This document shows, piece after piece, positions 12,561-23,203 of a stretch of 64,000 nucleotides of DNA. Each line of letters opens with the position of its first letter. Position 1 is the stretch's first letter. The notes under the pieces were generated by a model that saw nothing but the letters and a program-made list of their open reading frames with translations, was not told the DNA's origin and searched no databases. Source of the DNA: Epithemia pelagica (lineage: Eukaryota; Protista; Bacillariophyta); the NCBI GenBank assembly GCA_946965045.2, contig OX337230.1, positions 3,410,001-3,474,000 of the forward strand, read 5' to 3'. Made by a program: the position numbers and the translations under genes.

Positions 12561-13121
12561 TCATACCCAGGGCCCAGGCTCCGCAAGTCGAAACGAAAAC
12601 GTGGGGCGTCCGTTCATTTGGGATTCTTGACTGGTAAGATCAATGACAATGCTTGGAATGGTCGGATCTCGCGGTATCTGACTAATGAACAACCCAGCAA
12701 AGAAAATTCCTGCACCGATCACCATCAAGGTAGCCATGGCTCCTTTTGCCTCGAAGTCGTTTACAACCACAACGATACCAAGGATCATAAATAAAAGGCC
12801 AACGGCCGTGCATGCCCAAAACGTCCAGCTACAAATCTTGGATCTCTTTTCGCGTCGTGGCAGCTCAATTTGGTGACAATCGTCCCATGCTTTTGCGGAT
12901 AGCAAAGTGGTCTCGATTGCATGCGGGTCGACCTTTTCTTGAACAAAGGCAAGTAGTCTTCCGTTGTCCTTGTATGCTTTCACGTTCACACTGGGCGCGA
13001 CCCTGATCATGCAGTTATGGAAAGTTTTGATGGTTCCTGCTTGACGTGCAGCATACCAAATGACAGCATTGTGGTCGCCATGGTTGAGGTGAATCTGGAG
13101 TTCGGTCGACATGATGAACAC
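12561..13121 (-). CDS. Small membrane protein with two predicted TM helices, unknown family
   Basis: 186-aa ORF with hydrophobic segments ICSWTFWACTAVGLLFMILGIVVVV and GAMATLMVIGAGIFFAGLFISQI. Start may be the second Met (MSTELQ). Confidence 0.65.
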   Translation of the reverse strand: MFIMSTELQIHLNHGDHNAVIWYAARQAGTIKTFHNCMIRVAPSVNVKAYKDNGRLLAFVQEKVDPHAIETTLLSAKAWDDCHQIELPRREKRSKICSWTFWACTAVGLLFMILGIVVVVNDFEAKGAMATLMVIGAGIFFAGLFISQIPRDPTIPSIVIDLTSQESQMNGRPTFSFRLAEPGPWV

Positions 13122-13317
13122 AATTGTGGTTTGGTTTGTACTCCTAGGGCATGGAGGTTATCTCTGTATCTCTATCATCGTTGCTCCGTTTGGTAGGGTC
13201 TTCAAACTTAGGTAAATGAAATTTTTGCTTAACTTGCTATGAAATTTAGGCTAAGTTTAGGTTTTGAAGTTTAGGTAGTTTAGGTGGCTATGGAATACGG
13301 CTATGGAGTCTCATTTT

Positions 13318-15972
13318 TCAATACATAGAAATCGAACCAAACAAGTCATCATCACAATGATCCACAACTTGTTCATTCGTTGCTTTACGGACAGTGGATC
13401 TTACCTTCATTAAGTACCGTAAGTTCAGCCCAGCTCGCAGACAGACTTCCGCCTTGTCTTGCCCAAGATTACTGCGCAACTTACTCCAAACGTTGTTTTT
13501 GAGTGGCTTGGCAACTCGCTTGACAGAGATAGAGCCAGTCGAACAAATCAAAAGAAGTGGTTCAATCACAAGATCGTACAACTTTCTTGGAGGAGCAATG
13601 CTAAAAAACTCCAGCCTCCCTTGGTGGCCACCTGTGGTACTCACCCACTGACTCACCATTTGGATCGTGAGTTCGCGCTCTTCCTGGAATCGATCAGAAG
13701 GTGGACGTGGGCTCTCTGTGGGGAAGAGATCAATCCACTTGCCTGTGTGACCAAGATAGGACCTGAACTCCTGATCCACAATCAACCTGATGTCCCTTGT
13801 GTCCGGAGCTTCGACCCTTCCCCACACAGTGGGACGCATATTGGGTGGCTCGACAGGTCCAGCATTCGGTGGTGGGGGTGGAGGTGGTTCCTGTGAAGGA
13901 ATCACAAAGAACTCAATTGCATCCTGCATGCAACGAGCAATTGATGGGTGAATGATAGGTCGCTTGGGGATTCTGGACCTGAAGGGATCCACGAGAAAAG
14001 CCCAGATTTGGTACTTGTCTAAGAGACCAACTTTCCGTCCAGGTGGTTCCGATCCATCATAGTTGAACCGATTGTCGCAGAACTCAACAATGGAGTTCCG
14101 TGCCCCACGGAGATTGAAGATTGCATCAATGGATCTGCTGCCACTTGCTGTTCCTGAACCCAATACACCATTCAACTCGTTGCGCATGGCAACAATCACG
14201 GGGTAGTACGCGGAGACTGGAAAGTCATCGTCCGACACAAGCTTTGTTGCATGTTCAATCACAGCATAAATCTTGGCAACAACTTCCACCTTAGCCCATA
14301 GATCACGTGTAACTAGTCGAAGGGTTGCATCAATCTTTTCCTTACGCCTCTGTGTTTGCGAGTTGTAGTATCGCTCAAACATGGGATGGTGCCCGTTGCA
14401 CCATTCATAAAAAGGCTTTTGGTTCAGAACCGACTCCAAGGTCATACCAACCTTGTTGAACCTTGTCTCAGAGTAGTTGGAGACATTGCCACAGGTTGCT
14501 GGTAGATCGCCAGTTCGGACTAGCTCATGTCGAATCCCATCTACATTGTCTGTGGTTGAAAACTCCATCAGCATGGCAATGTCTGACAGGAGTGAATCAA
14601 TACATGGGACCTTGGCCACATCCTTTGCCAACAGGTCAATACAATGAGCACAGTCACGATTGCTCAGTATGTTGGGCTCTTTGGGGTTGTTGGACTTGTA
14701 GATTTCACATGCCTCTTTCACAACTTTCGTGGCAGCGTTGTCTGTTGCAACACAGCACAAGGGAGAATTGTACTCACGTCGCGTCTTCACCATGAAATCA
14801 ACCATGTCTTGCGTCTCAGCCTCTGTTGTATGGGCGAGGTTGCAAAGACGAGAGGCCTTTGCAAATAAACTAACACTACCTTTCGCAATGGTGTAGAGAA
14901 TGGTGCTGGTACCGTTGCAGGTGACACCATCAGCTGCAATGGTCATGCCTCCTGGAATCTTTTGCATCATGGTGTTGAGCTCTAGTTGACACTGTTTGTC
15001 AATCACCATGACGTAGCGCTTGTAGATTGTGTCTGGGTGGTGGGGCACAAACTTCATAATACCCTTACCAAACCGTGTGACGAGTTCGTCTTGGACGAAC
15101 GGGTCCAACAGACGTTGCATGGGCTCGAAGCGTGCGAGGGTAGTTTCGACAGACTTCATGATGAGACGATTGGCCATCTGTTCTGTCAGAACAGTACCAA
15201 AACTCTGTATGGACGACTGCTGGTGTTTCTTGCGACCTGCTTTGTCTCCTGGTTTGGACCTGGCCTTGTCTCGTAAACTTGTCGACAGCGAGGATACAGA
15301 ACTTGATGCACCTGAAGACTCTGATGCTATCACCCTCTCTTGGCTGAGTGGACCACCAACAATCAAACCCAATTGTTTCTTGGCACGCTTACTAGCTTGA
15401 GTTTGGCCATCACAGAGTTGGCGAATTTCAGTAGGAGCGTTCTTGCATTTCTGAACGATGTGATCAGATGCAACACTTGCATTGAAAGTCTTCCAATTTT
15501 TGTACATCTTGCAATGGATGCACACAATCTTCAAGTATCCTTCTCGATCCGGGTCAGGGGAAATCTCAAACTGCTCTCGGATGTATTGGTTGGCTTTCTT
15601 TTTGGGTGGCTTTCGCTTATTTTGCGACGACGTCGTTGAGTCGTTGGTCGTAGTATCGTCTTCATTGTTGGCGTCACTTCGTCCCGTAGCCACTTCGAAT
15701 GGTTCATCCTGCTCCTTGTCGCCTTCCGTCGTCGTCGTCGAAACCATGGCCGTCGTCGTGCCTTCTTGTTGTTGCTGTTCCTCGTCTTGTCCTTGTTGTC
15801 GTTGTGTTTCAGCTGTCAACGGTGACAGATCTTGGAACGTCACAACAGTAGTATTCGGCTGCTCGTCAGCAGTACTTTCGTTCTCCATTGCAACTTCTGC
15901 TGCTCCTGTCTCCAACAAATGTGATCGGAGTTTGTTTGATTGCTGAATCGTTTGTTGTTGTTCATCGTTCAT
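13318..15972 (-). CDS. hAT transposase (BED finger, DUF659/RNase-H-like core, C-terminal dimerisation region); third catalytic Glu appears changed to Lys
   Basis: BED-like F...VCIHC...H...C. TIAADG (D1), VATDNA (D2), DCAHCIDLLAKD (CxxH), ETRF, SISVKRVAK at the usual ER position, SKLRSNL..DKAE...N. Confidence 0.9.
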   Translation of the reverse strand: MNDEQQQTIQQSNKLRSHLLETGAAEVAMENESTADEQPNTTVVTFQDLSPLTAETQRQQGQDEEQQQQEGTTTAMVSTTTTEGDKEQDEPFEVATGRSDANNEDDTTTNDSTTSSQNKRKPPKKKANQYIREQFEISPDPDREGYLKIVCIHCKMYKNWKTFNASVASDHIVQKCKNAPTEIRQLCDGQTQASKRAKKQLGLIVGGPLSQERVIASESSGASSSVSSLSTSLRDKARSKPGDKAGRKKHQQSSIQSFGTVLTEQMANRLIMKSVETTLARFEPMQRLLDPFVQDELVTRFGKGIMKFVPHHPDTIYKRYVMVIDKQCQLELNTMMQKIPGGMTIAADGVTCNGTSTILYTIAKGSVSLFAKASRLCNLAHTTEAETQDMVDFMVKTRREYNSPLCCVATDNAATKVVKEACEIYKSNNPKEPNILSNRDCAHCIDLLAKDVAKVPCIDSLLSDIAMLMEFSTTDNVDGIRHELVRTGDLPATCGNVSNYSETRFNKVGMTLESVLNQKPFYEWCNGHHPMFERYYNSQTQRRKEKIDATLRLVTRDLWAKVEVVAKIYAVIEHATKLVSDDDFPVSAYYPVIVAMRNELNGVLGSGTASGSRSIDAIFNLRGARNSIVEFCDNRFNYDGSEPPGRKVGLLDKYQIWAFLVDPFRSRIPKRPIIHPSIARCMQDAIEFFVIPSQEPPPPPPPNAGPVEPPNMRPTVWGRVEAPDTRDIRLIVDQEFRSYLGHTGKWIDLFPTESPRPPSDRFQEERELTIQMVSQWVSTTGGHQGRLEFFSIAPPRKLYDLVIEPLLLICSTGSISVKRVAKPLKNNVWSKLRSNLGQDKAEVCLRAGLNLRYLMKVRSTVRKATNEQVVDHCDDDLFGSISMY

Positions 15973-16080
15973 GTGTCATCATTGTTGTTGTTCTTGCAAA
16001 GATCCCAAAGATATGAGCCTGTCAAGATCTCATGCCAACTGCCAACATCAACGGTTGGATACCTACGGTACCTATGCCTA

Positions 16081-16889
16081 CCGTAATTTGCGGATTCCTG
16101 TCCCCCCGGAATGTACAAAAATTAAGAGGAGGGGGACAGGACTACGCAATTTTTGATAATTTTTCTTAAGATTCCATTCACACAATACAATTAATTTCTT
16201 AGTATTAATACTTCCCGGTGTTGAGTCCTTTCAAGGAGGGACCGCCCGGCGCGGAGGGTAGAATGACGAGGAGGGCAATGGTCGAGGAGGGCGCACGCCC
16301 GACAAGACAGTTGCCCGTCGAGTTATCCTCCCGACAAGCCGGGCGCGCCCGACGCGAGAGGACGGCCAGACACAGGGAAGTAGTAAACTTACTCCCTATC
16401 AAGCTGTGTAGGTAGTGAGAAATTCCTGGAAGCCATGTCACAAAGTGTCACACAAGTGTCACACACGAGAGGGAAACCGCGCGACTCGCACGAAACTACT
16501 TTCCGGTCGTACAAAAATTCCTACTGTAGTATAAAAATGTGAGACGAACTACCTACACAGTCTGGTATGGAGTTAGTAAATTAATTTTCAACCTCGGGGT
16601 TGTAGATAAGGTTTGGTCGCACAATTCCAGTCAGGGGAAAGACCGTGCTTCAATGCGTAGCCTTAACCCTAATCAAAATACCCATCATGCTTTATCTCTT
16701 GTTTCTCCTCTTTGATTCACTCCCATGTTATGTCAGGCAGTGCGATAGAAAGCTCGGAACGTGAGGAATGTGGGGGTAACCCATAAGCCCAGAAAGAACC
16801 TACAGATAAAAAGTTAGGGGGCCATGTACGTTTAAGGGGAGTGGGGGGGGGACAGGACTATAGGGGGGACAGGAATGCGCAAATTACGG
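16081..16889. mobile_element. pogo/Tc1-mariner-type MITE nested in the 5' subterminal region of the hAT
   Basis: 27-bp TIR CCGTAATTTGCG(G/C)ATTCCTGTCCCCCC at 16081-16107 and 16863-16889. TA on the left, AGTA on the right. Left end resembles the pogo left end at 52511. Confidence 0.85.
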
Positions 16890-17106
16890 AGTAGTTAACA
16901 AAAGGGCATACCTAAACTTCGGTGGACATGGCGTTGAGTCTTGTAAGTTACGAAAACTTAGGCCCCTAAATTTAGGCGGAGAAACTTCGGCTAAGAAACT
17001 TGAAGACCCTAGTCTTTGCAAGCAAACCTGTGCATGAATGAAAGGTGGCCACACAAAGATCCGCAACAAAATTATTTGAACAGGATCAAAAATCCAAGAT
17101 CAAATC

Positions 17107-19410
17107 ATGACCAAAACATCTGTCTCTTTGTGTCTTGAGACTGTCTTTGTTGTGTCGCAACAATGGTTGTCCCAGTCGGAAGTCAGAAGTCGGAACTTTT
17201 GTTGCCCACCATTCACCATGAGGATTGCCGTTGAGGAGGACATGGACCCGTCCACCACCAAGTCGAGCGAGTGCCATCACCAACGACAGAGTTCCTCCTC
17301 CACCACCGACTGTTTTGGATTCCGCAAATCATCATCATCGTTTGGTTCCGTGATTTATTATTGCCTTGCTGGTTGGATGGTTGTGCTGCTGTTGGGTCCA
17401 GGACTACCTCGGTCGCATGGTTTCGGTCCATTGCAGCGGCTTGCCGGTCGTCGTCCGCTTTGTCTGCAATTCTCCTGGACAGCTCGATGGCCATTGATTC
17501 AAACTTGCCAGTGGCTTGAGGAGGTAAACTGCCACAGACGACAAAAGAGTGTCGCAACGTTTGTTCGGTTCCAGACACACTACCACCACCATCACCATGG
17601 TGCGATCCATAATTCACCGAAATCAGTGCGGTTGTCCTCTTCTGTCTCGTTATCCTCGGGTCATGTTCAAGACATGCCCGAGACGGAACAGGAACTGATT
17701 CATGGACCGGCTTTACCAATGGGTGGTAGTTTTCGGTATGGTTGCCTGGTTCGAAATTTGCAGGCCGAGGCCAAAAGCGACCCAGAGGAGGACGAGAGCG
17801 ACGTTAATGATGGTAACGATGAGACGGAACACTTGTGGATGGACCAGTTACCACAAGGGTTAAAGAGTGAATTTCGTGTGGTCAAGTATTATTGTTTACC
17901 GCCAAAATCGTTTGATTCATTTTTTGACCCACAACAACAACTGCACCAAGATCATGGCAGTTTCAATGGCGCTAAACTCGAGTCTGCCAACACGAGTCTT
18001 GATGTGAAGGACACCGACACCGGTGCAGAACACAAGAACAAATCTACCGCCTCCTCCTCGTCGGCCATTCGATCTATTATGAGTGAGAACGACATTGGTC
18101 GATTGGAATTGTCACGATCCAATCTCACACTTCCCGTCCTACTCATGCTGTTGGATCCTTTGGAATTTCCATCTCTTTCTCGTGCTCGCAAGGCCTGTCG
18201 CAAGGGCAATATCTTGGTGCATCGAGGACCCTTGCATTCCACCACCAACAACAGGACCAACGACGACGACGACGAGTCATCCTTGGGTGAGACACTCCCA
18301 TTGTTCAATCAATCCAATTGCGAAGTGGGTCGAGTCGGCGATCGTTTGTTTCCCGGTGATGTCATTGCCAAACAAATCCGCATGGGGAGTGGATATTTTC
18401 CAGTGTTGGCCTACAAACAGCCACCGTTTGAGGTACCGGTTGTGTATCAAGACGATTCCTGGGCCATGGTGAACAAACCCGCGGGTGTCGTGGTGTATGC
18501 GCACAAGAATGGGGGTCATGGAACCATGACCTTGCGGGCCGCACTACCCTTTGTCTTGGATCCACCTCGTTATGGGACCTATTCCGTCATTCGTCGACCC
18601 GCATCGGTACATCGACTCGACAAACCAACCAGTGGAATTGTCTGTGTGGCCAAAACCAAACCAGCCCTGTTACACTTGTCCCGACAATTTCATGATCGGA
18701 TTGTCCAGAAAACGTACATGGCCATTGTCAATGGCATTCCTCTGGAAAACAAAGATCTTCAAGTATCATCGCATGAGGCCTTTCACACATATGGCGTGGA
18801 TGTCGACCCTACAGCTACTGATCAGTATTGGAATGTGATTGACCAGCCCTTGGAGGAACGATCCGCCTTGACCCTTTGGCGCGCTGTACGCTATGTACCG
18901 TCGTTGCATGGGACGGACGGATACCTCACGTTGGTAGAGCTCAAACCCAAAACGGGTCGATTTCATCAACTGCGTCGTCACATGTCGTGGTACGCCCATT
19001 GTCCCCTAGTCGGGGATGATGTGTACGATGGAGGAACGCGTTCCGCTCTCAAATTTCGAGAACGAGGCTTGTTTCTGTGCGCTACCCGCATTACACTCCA
19101 ACATCCGTACTACAATACACTTCCGGAAGGACGACAAGCCTGGGATCAACTTTGGCAGGCCCAGTCGTTCGAAACGCCACCGAATGAATCGACACCCATG
19201 ACGTTCCGCAAAAGCCAGGACGACGACACAGCATCCAGTGTCACGCAATTGTGGTATTGCTCCCAAACGGATAAGGTCCTGGTTCGTGCCGAGATTGAAC
19301 TACCGAGAAAATTTTATCACTTTATGGACCATGAACAGGCGAGACATGAAAAGTTTTCGACACGCTCACAAGATGAGGAAAGGGACGACAAGCAAGTATG
19401 CAACCCGTAA
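17107..19410 (+). CDS. RluA/RluD-family RNA pseudouridine synthase with S4-like region; start codon uncertain, possibly plastid-targeted
   Basis: VNKPAGVVV, catalytic HRLDKPTSG, KTYMAIVNG, TGRFHQLRRHM, PLVGDDVY, LFLCATRITLQHP; S4-like SLSRARKACRKGNILV. Confidence 0.9.
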   Translation: MTKTSVSLCLETVFVVSQQWLSQSEVRSRNFCCPPFTMRIAVEEDMDPSTTKSSECHHQRQSSSSTTDCFGFRKSSSSFGSVIYYCLAGWMVVLLLGPGLPRSHGFGPLQRLAGRRPLCLQFSWTARWPLIQTCQWLEEVNCHRRQKSVATFVRFQTHYHHHHHGAIHNSPKSVRLSSSVSLSSGHVQDMPETEQELIHGPALPMGGSFRYGCLVRNLQAEAKSDPEEDESDVNDGNDETEHLWMDQLPQGLKSEFRVVKYYCLPPKSFDSFFDPQQQLHQDHGSFNGAKLESANTSLDVKDTDTGAEHKNKSTASSSSAIRSIMSENDIGRLELSRSNLTLPVLLMLLDPLEFPSLSRARKACRKGNILVHRGPLHSTTNNRTNDDDDESSLGETLPLFNQSNCEVGRVGDRLFPGDVIAKQIRMGSGYFPVLAYKQPPFEVPVVYQDDSWAMVNKPAGVVVYAHKNGGHGTMTLRAALPFVLDPPRYGTYSVIRRPASVHRLDKPTSGIVCVAKTKPALLHLSRQFHDRIVQKTYMAIVNGIPLENKDLQVSSHEAFHTYGVDVDPTATDQYWNVIDQPLEERSALTLWRAVRYVPSLHGTDGYLTLVELKPKTGRFHQLRRHMSWYAHCPLVGDDVYDGGTRSALKFRERGLFLCATRITLQHPYYNTLPEGRQAWDQLWQAQSFETPPNESTPMTFRKSQDDDTASSVTQLWYCSQTDKVLVRAEIELPRKFYHFMDHEQARHEKFSTRSQDEERDDKQVCNP

Positions 19411-20103
19411 CAAGATTACGTATAGAGTGACTGCTTTCGATTCACTTGAAATGGTGGCCAACCTTCTCGGAAGCACGGGGATGAACAGAAATGTTTTTCC
19501 TGGAGTTTGAACTCTGCTCATCACTCCATGAGTCGAACCAGAACTACTGGATGATGATGAGTATATACGAGTCAGATCCATGCATCTTTGCCCTATGCCT
19601 TGCAACTTTGCCCTATGGATCGATATTGCCTCGGTTCAATGGAATGACAATGATACTGCAATATCCTGCTCAAACTAACTGTACATAGAAATGATTGACA
19701 AAGCTTTGGTTCACTATACTAGACATTTAAAACAATCATGCCATGAACACTTCATATCTATCAAATAAACACACGCATAGGCGTGAAAAGTTGACCGATC
19801 AGACCAGACAAACCAGATTCATTCTTGGTTCACGTCTGAGTCAGTCACAGGACATTCAAAATTGCACTCTTGATGCTAATCCACGGCCGAAAGGGTTTTG
19901 TACAACGGGTTGATCCATTTTTCGTCCGTCGGAGAAAGGATCCGAACATTACAAACATGTGGACAACTCTTCTTGTTTGGATTCAGCCTTCCGAACGTTC
20001 GCTTCGGTTCTCGGTCGCGCCTACAGAGAGTTTCGCTCTCGCGCTGTTTTCACCATGTGACATATACCGGAGCATGTTGTCGTGATTGGACTGCGTTCCA
20101 CGT

Positions 20104-20688
20104 CTAATCTTTGGATAGGGCGATGTGGTTGTCGTCTTTGCTCTGGGGTTCACTACTTGGAGGGCCTCGAAAGAGTTGAACCATGTATAATCTTCCATCG
20201 TGCTTCCCACGCGCTGTTCCAACACCAAATTCCACAAACTTTCGATTCAAGATCTTTTTGTAGGCTGACCGATCACGATTCTTCATGGATTCTTGGTGCA
20301 TATCCATAACACTCGGGCCTCGTTGAATGATTTCTCCAACTTTGTACGAACCAAGGAGTGCCCGTAGCTCCGGTAAGGTTTCGGCTGCGAATGAAAGCTC
20401 CCCTTGATCCGCCATGAACTCCGCTTGCAGAAGACATATTTGGTCCAACTGTACGTTTCGTTGCAAACTTTCACGTCCTCGAAAGACGCGCTCTCGGTTG
20501 ACCAAGGCATGGGCACTTTGAAACCCCATCCGGCCCGGTATCAGCATGTGTGTGCTGCTATCACTGCTGCTAGTGCTGGACTTGGTCGAAGAGGAAGTGC
20601 AGCTCGTCATCGTCTTGGCCGACAAGTTGCGGCATGATGTATTCATCCAAGCAGGGGTGTTCATTGTTTTCCTCGCCATTTTCTTCAA
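20104..20688 (-). CDS. CAP/SCP-domain protein (bacterial-type, Cys-poor, no signal peptide), copy 1
   Basis: HALVNRER...L.R...LD..C..QAEFMA...GEIIQRG...KIL...F.EFGVGTA.G..G.LYMVQLF. Confidence 0.8.
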   Translation of the reverse strand: MKKMARKTMNTPAWMNTSCRNLSAKTMTSCTSSSTKSSTSSSDSSTHMLIPGRMGFQSAHALVNRERVFRGRESLQRNVQLDQICLLQAEFMADQGELSFAAETLPELRALLGSYKVGEIIQRGPSVMDMHQESMKNRDRSAYKKILNRKFVEFGVGTARGKHDGRLYMVQLFRGPPSSEPQSKDDNHIALSKD

Positions 20689-21936
20689 TGATTGACTAAA
20701 AGATGTTGTATGCTGACTATTTTATGGATTTGGATGGCTGTCGATGCCGTGCTTCCGGTTGTCCTCTCTCTGTGTAACGAGACGAGAAAAACGAAGACTG
20801 ACTGGTTGTGTTTTTCGTGCAAATATGGAGACGACAAAGATGGAACGAATGCGGCATTTGTGGAATTGGCCGTGGTTACGCTCGAACGTGACATGCTCCA
20901 GGATGATCTTCGCTGTGTCTTGCGGAAGAGCTCGGCGCGGCGAACGACAAACTGGTCGATTTTTATGGCGAATCGAACGTTCGACTTGCGCGAATGGGGG
21001 GCCTCTCAATTCCGTAGAGCATAAATGAACACATGCGAAGGGCTTATCAGTAGTATAGGTTTAAAAGTAGTGTTTGGGGGAGACGGAGATGCGGGGGGCT
21101 TGCAAGATTCACTACCTCGCGTGAAACCTGGAAATATGTATCCTGTCTACCAATTCCATAACTCGTGATCGCTTCGTAGTTCGGACACCCCCGACTTACC
21201 AGCATTGTATGCTGCATGCCTCTTCCGAGTTGCATTCAAATTTAGAAGTCGGAGTAGCACAGCAGGATTGCTTCAACATACCACGTGAAGACACATGACA
21301 GACAGCGAAATCTTCGTCATGGGTGCTATGTGCACTGTGCACTACCACAGCTATGATGCCTGTAGCTCCTCAAGTTCAAAGGGTATACTCCTAGGTAGTA
21401 GGAGTAGGAATAGTAGATAAATCCATGTCAAGAGTGATGGAGAGGAAAGACAACCATCATTCAAGGTAGACAGGTGAGAGGACAGTGACACCTGGGTCGA
21501 AAAGATGCGCCACGAAAGATCCTGGAGCTTTTGCTGTTACTCGTAGAGCGTTCCGCAATCGCTTTTCTTGGTTTTAGACGACATGGGGTTAGATTCGCCC
21601 TTGTTCCTGTTGGACTTTTCATGAGGCAAAGGGGTTGGATGTTAACGAGGGACCGCGATCCTTTGTGCGAAAGTGCGTCAGTGCCGCACGATACCCACAT
21701 TGTTCGAGAGGTTTGCAGTTTGCACCTTGCGCACTTTTCGGGTTCTCATTCGGTTGCTACCCTGGTAGGAGCAAATCGCTTTCATGGAAGCGAATTCGAA
21801 CTATCGCGGAACAAAAATCCCAAACTACTTGGGTAGTCTCGCAGAAGCATCAAAGGCTCATAAACCAAAGAATCACAAATTGGAAACATTCCAAGAAACA
21901 AAATCAACAAACACTACTTTGACAACCACATCCACC

Positions 21937-22253
21937 ATGTTGAACTCGTCCCGTGCCGCTGCTGCCCAATCCCTCAGCCGTAATACTAGTAAACGAGCCT
22001 CTTCCTCCTCGGCATCCACCCCAACGCCCGCCTCCTCCTCGAGTAGTACCATGAGTCCATTCAAGAACGTTTTTGCTCCTAAATCAAGTCGTCACACGGA
22101 AAAGACATGGGAGAACTATGGTTTTAACAAGAAAGAGGTACGAACGCAGAGCTTCCCATACCAGTACTGGCCATCACCGACAACGCTCACAAACACTTTT
22201 CTCCTTTTGGTTTCGTACAGTGTGGCTGGGGAGCTTGGTATCTTGTCCCGTAA
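21937..22253 (+). CDS. Spliced microprotein A (77 aa); exons 21937-22137 and 22221-22253
   Basis: CCACC-ATG start; GT-AG intron 22138-22220 (83 nt, polypyrimidine tract). Spliced product ends SRHTEKTWENYGFNKKE|CGWGAWYLVP*. The paralog at 22887 has the same intron position. Confidence 0.85.
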
Positions 22254-22886
22254 TGCTTAGAGCTATCGGCATCAACGCAGAAAAATGGGAAAACACTTTG
22301 CCCAGGACATATCAAAACCCACCCCATGTTTATATCCACACACCACAAGCAGACTTGCAGAACCAAACCACTTGGTCGTTTTTGTCGACCTTTTGCGTGA
22401 GGCCGACGAAAACGAGCAACATCTTCCATTTCCAATACCAATTTCCAATGGACGTCGACGCTTAGCCAGCTATATGCTACAAAATCTAAAGACAAGATAT
22501 ATTGACATGTTGTCATTTGTCATGACTTTCTAGCGAAATGAGTTAGTTGTTTCTCTTGGAGAACGTCTAGCAGAAAACCTGAATTGCTGAAGATGATGTA
22601 GGGATATGGATCGTCCGTCAGATGGCAAATAGGCCTGGATTCGACAAAAGTTGCTCCGAGAAAACTAGGGCCAAGGCCAAGGGCTTTGATCTCGCTCTCA
22701 AAAGATCGAAGGAAATAGGAAATGCCGCGAGAGTACGTACGTTCGGAAAACATAGGGAGGGTAGCTCAAACGCGAACTTCGTCCATGCCACATCATGCTA
22801 CGGCTCATTCAGTCCCGAGCGTGACTGAGGTCTGCAATAATTGAAGACATCATGACATCATTGCTTGAGACCCCAGCGCATAGCGC

Positions 22887-23203
22887 ATGCTCTCTGTTTT
22901 CTTGTTCTTGTTCTCGCTCCTCGCTCCCACAACTCTTCCCGTTCCAACTTCCGAGTTCTTTGCTGCCCCCAACACGACCGCCAAGTCGAACCTTTCTCCT
23001 GCCACAACCACAAGCCTTCCTCTGCCACTCGCCACGAGGCATACGGAAATGACATGGGAAGCCTATGGTTTTGGAAAGAAGGAGGTACGTTTAAGAACAG
23101 CGTATTCTCGAAGCAAACAGAAGCAACTTGGGAATGGCTGATTCTCATTCGATTCCATTTTTTCGTTCAGTGCGGATGGGGTGCCTGGTACCTTGTTCCT
23201 TAA
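22887..23203 (+). CDS. Spliced microprotein B (76 aa); exons 22887-23084 and 23171-23203
   Basis: GT-AG intron 23085-23170 (86 nt). Spliced product MLSVFLFLFSLLAPTT...TRHTEMTWEAYGFGKKE|CGWGAWYLVP*. Start codon less certain than in copy A. Confidence 0.8.

Larger units (their letters stand above)
13194..17011 (-). mobile_element. hAT DNA transposon (3818 bp including a nested MITE)
   Basis: 12-bp perfect TIR TAGGGTCTTCAA (13194-13205) / TTGAAGACCCTA (17000-17011). TTTAGG/CCTAAA subterminal repeats at both ends. Encloses the transposase. The 8-bp flanks differ (CCGTTTGG vs GTCTTTGC), so there is no clean TSD. Confidence 0.9.

Noticed and set aside
16661-16672. TTAACCCTAA telomere-like motif
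   Set aside because: A single unit inside a MITE, with no array.
21784-23203. Unspliced ORF-track translations (158, 112, 84 aa) at the microprotein locus
   Set aside because: They read into or through the introns; paralog conservation is explained only by the spliced models.
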